From IMG/VR virus record IMGVR_UViG_3300020048_000034: a stretch of DNA of 64,000 nt, one strand, 5' to 3'. Source of the DNA: an uncultured virus (IMG/VR IMGVR_UViG_3300020048_000034). Taxonomy: Duplodnaviria; Heunggongvirae; Uroviricota; Caudoviricetes. Below are positions 61,740-64,000 of this stretch, one piece after another. Made by a program: the position numbers and the translations under genes. Numbering within the stretch: position 1 is the first letter of the stretch; each line of letters starts with the position of its first letter. Under the pieces are notes generated by a model, which worked only from the letters and a program-made list of their open reading frames with translations, was not told the origin of the DNA and ran no database searches.

Positions 61740-62360
61740 ATGCACATTTCCATTTCCAACTCCACTAGAAAGTACATGTCGATTTTACAGATTGAGCAAT
61801 TTCCATTTTCCGAAGAAACTTTAAAAACCAATTTTAGGGCTCTTGCCAAACAGTATCATCCAGATACTTCTGGAGATGACTCAAAAATGTTTTTAAAAAT
61901 TAGAGAAGCATTTGATTCCTTAATTAACTTAGCTTCTCTTGTAACTCCTGAGGACGTAAATAATGAACTAAAGAAACAGGAGAAAGCAAAAGAGGACATG
62001 TTTGAACTCTATGATACTTGCCCAAAGTGTAATGGATTAGGCAATAGAGTTGAACAACAGATAGTTAGAAACACTCAATCACTAACAAGAGTTCCTTGTA
62101 TATTATGCCCTCCTAGAAAGTGTAATGCCTGTGACAATGGAACATTCACTCAAAGAAATGGTCGGAAGGTAACATGCTTAAAGTGTAAAGGATTAGGATT
62201 ATTACCTGATAAAAGATGTGGTTGGTGTGGAGGAAAAGGTACTTTGAAGTATCAGTGTGAGATGGAAAATGTTACAGTCAAATGTATGTTGTGCTATGGA
62301 ACAGGTAAAGTAAAAGTTGATCCTTTCAACCCTGTAATACCTAAAGGTGGAATCCTTTAA
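61740..62360 (+). CDS. DnaJ-like co-chaperone (J domain + Zn fingers, no C-terminal domain)
   Basis: YHPD; multiple CxxCxGxG. Confidence 0.9.
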   Translation: MHISISNSTRKYMSILQIEQFPFSEETLKTNFRALAKQYHPDTSGDDSKMFLKIREAFDSLINLASLVTPEDVNNELKKQEKAKEDMFELYDTCPKCNGLGNRVEQQIVRNTQSLTRVPCILCPPRKCNACDNGTFTQRNGRKVTCLKCKGLGLLPDKRCGWCGGKGTLKYQCEMENVTVKCMLCYGTGKVKVDPFNPVIPKGGIL

Positions 62361-62987
62361 ATGAGAAAAATATGCTAATAAAAACATTCAACGAAACATA
62401 GATACTATAAATTTTGTAAAGTCACTGGTAAAAATATCATAGGAGGATTTAGCACTAAGGCTAAATGTGTGTATCAAGATATCAGTAATGCTATATGCGT
62501 GGATCACGCAAACTGTTTTGATAAATGGTCTAAGTGTCCTATAAAAATGTCATTTCCAATGGAAAGTGCGGTTTTATTAGAATATATGAAATTCATTGTT
62601 ACAATGGAAGGATTTAAAAACTCAAACTCTTATGATTACTTAGATAATGATCTTTATCCATATAAAGGAGAAAATAATGGATAACTTAATTGCTGACAAA
62701 ATTGATATTACAGTATCTTATCCTGGAGATGAAATTCAAATTATTCTAAAAGGTGACTCACTTAGGCTTTATAGATTTGCAAAGCAGTTGCATGAAAAAG
62801 CTGATGAAGATAGTATTTTTGAAGCTAATGTTCATGATATGAGAGTAGTTAAATTTACTCACACTATACCATTTAGTTAAAAATTATGAAAAAGAGATTA
62901 ATTAAAAATTAGATTTATGCCCAAAGTGCCTATATAGTTTTGTTCTATTAATTCTTAGAAAGTTGAGTATCAAAAAGGAACTTAATT

Positions 62988-63530
62988 ATGGTAAAATATT
63001 TTACTATACAAAATTATTTAGAAAATTCACTTCAAACTGTCTCCACATCATTAGCCGCTGAATATCTAGGTATGAGTCCATCATCAGTTAGAAATTTAGT
63101 AACAACTAACTTATTAGATGCAATAATTATAAAGGGTAAAAAGAGATCTTGGACTCTTATTGAAATATCTATTTTAAAGGAGTATAAGAAAAAAAGCCCT
63201 GATCAACCTGAAGTGTATGATAAAATAAAGAAAATTCTATTAGAGATAGTTATAAAAAAAGAGGTAATATATTACTCAGACTTATTAGAAAAAATAGGAT
63301 TCACTTTTCGTAATCCTGTCCATAGACGGTTAATAAAAAAATATCTGTCCTTAATAGATGAATTTTCATTGAAAGAATACAATTTATTACTTTCCAATGT
63401 AGTCATTCTTAAAGGTACAAACTTACCAAACTCTGAGTTTTTTGAAGGTACTAAAGAGGAACATATTAATTACCTTAATAAAATATATAAAGGTATTGAA
63501 AAAGAAGTATTTATGACTCTTGAAACCTAA
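62988..63530 (+). CDS. Excisionase-type HTH protein with a second winged-helix-like domain
   Basis: AAEYLGMSPSSVRNL; I.YSDL...G. Confidence 0.6.
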   Translation: MVKYFTIQNYLENSLQTVSTSLAAEYLGMSPSSVRNLVTTNLLDAIIIKGKKRSWTLIEISILKEYKKKSPDQPEVYDKIKKILLEIVIKKEVIYYSDLLEKIGFTFRNPVHRRLIKKYLSLIDEFSLKEYNLLLSNVVILKGTNLPNSEFFEGTKEEHINYLNKIYKGIEKEVFMTLET

Positions 63531-63583
63531 ATAGGTTTATTTTCTAGAATTACTGGAAGTTAAACTTTAAAAAAGGAGAGATT

Positions 63584-63796
63584 ATGGATAACTGGAAATC
63601 CATTGAGACAATACCTAAAGATGGAACTATGGTTTTAACAAGTGATGGAAAAGAGTGTGTTGTTGGAAATCACCCACCAACTTGTGGATTAGGTAAGTGG
63701 AAAAAGGATGAAAAAGGTGAATGGTGCGGATCAGTATTTGTTAAATACTACAAACCTACTATTTGGACACACTTACCAAAACTTCCTGTACTGTAA
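63584..63796 (+). CDS. DUF551-like small phage protein
   Basis: W..IET.PKDG..VL ... PT.W..LP..P. Confidence 0.75.
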   Translation: MDNWKSIETIPKDGTMVLTSDGKECVVGNHPPTCGLGKWKKDEKGEWCGSVFVKYYKPTIWTHLPKLPVL

Positions 63797-64000
63797 AAAA
63801 TATGTAAAACTGCTTAAAAGTTCCATTGGAGAACTATCATGAAAATAGCTATTATGAAAAATAAAGAACTAACTAAATTTGCTAAGTTAGTATTTGGGGA
63901 TATTATTGACACAGTATATAATTACGCAGATAATTATGATGAGGATGAAGTAAATGATTTCTTAGAAAGAGAACTAGGATGTGTTGAAACAATTAAAAAC

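Noticed and set aside
1..64000. tRNA, rRNA, CRISPR array, tnpA, integrase, major structural genes
   Set aside because: None recognised by eye; tRNAscan-SE and HMM searches would be needed to exclude divergent ones.

Overview
A very AT-rich, gene-dense segment of a large (jumbo-type) dsDNA phage genome, with essentially all real genes on the + strand and no recognisable major capsid or tail genes, tRNAs or CRISPR arrays. (1) Mobile elements: several IS200/IS605-family elements, namely a frameshifted tnpB with its right end, two intact iscB + omegaRNA elements whose empty sites can be rebuilt in frame, one non-autonomous element and two ~46-49 bp single-hairpin mini-elements. (2) A ~19 kb accessory island (8.6-27.7 kb) with five PcfJ-domain paralogs (four carrying variable LRR solenoids), three R-S-E ADP-ribosyltransferase-like proteins, SH3-like proteins, and unrelated cargo proteins that share an N-terminal leader. 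I infer this is a leader-addressed, virion-packaged effector set. (3) A divergent stand-alone Csx3/Crn3-like gene, a candidate anti-type III CRISPR factor. (4) Nucleotide and modification genes: QueD, two DNA methyltransferases, a nucleoside deoxyribosyltransferase, PyrE, ThyA-like, and a cluster of two QueC paralogs + amidoligase + two Fem/GNAT-like proteins + SAM methyltransferase. (5) A replicon-like module (RHH, primase/UL9-like helicase, iterated repeat region), type IIA topoisomerase subunits, RNA ligase, MoxR/vWA pair and DnaJ. (6) An early region with consensus sigma70 promoters and a recurring TCGATTTTCT motif. Four local frameshift lesions (two duplications, two deletions) may be assembly errors. 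All family assignments come from motif recognition by eye, not database searches.
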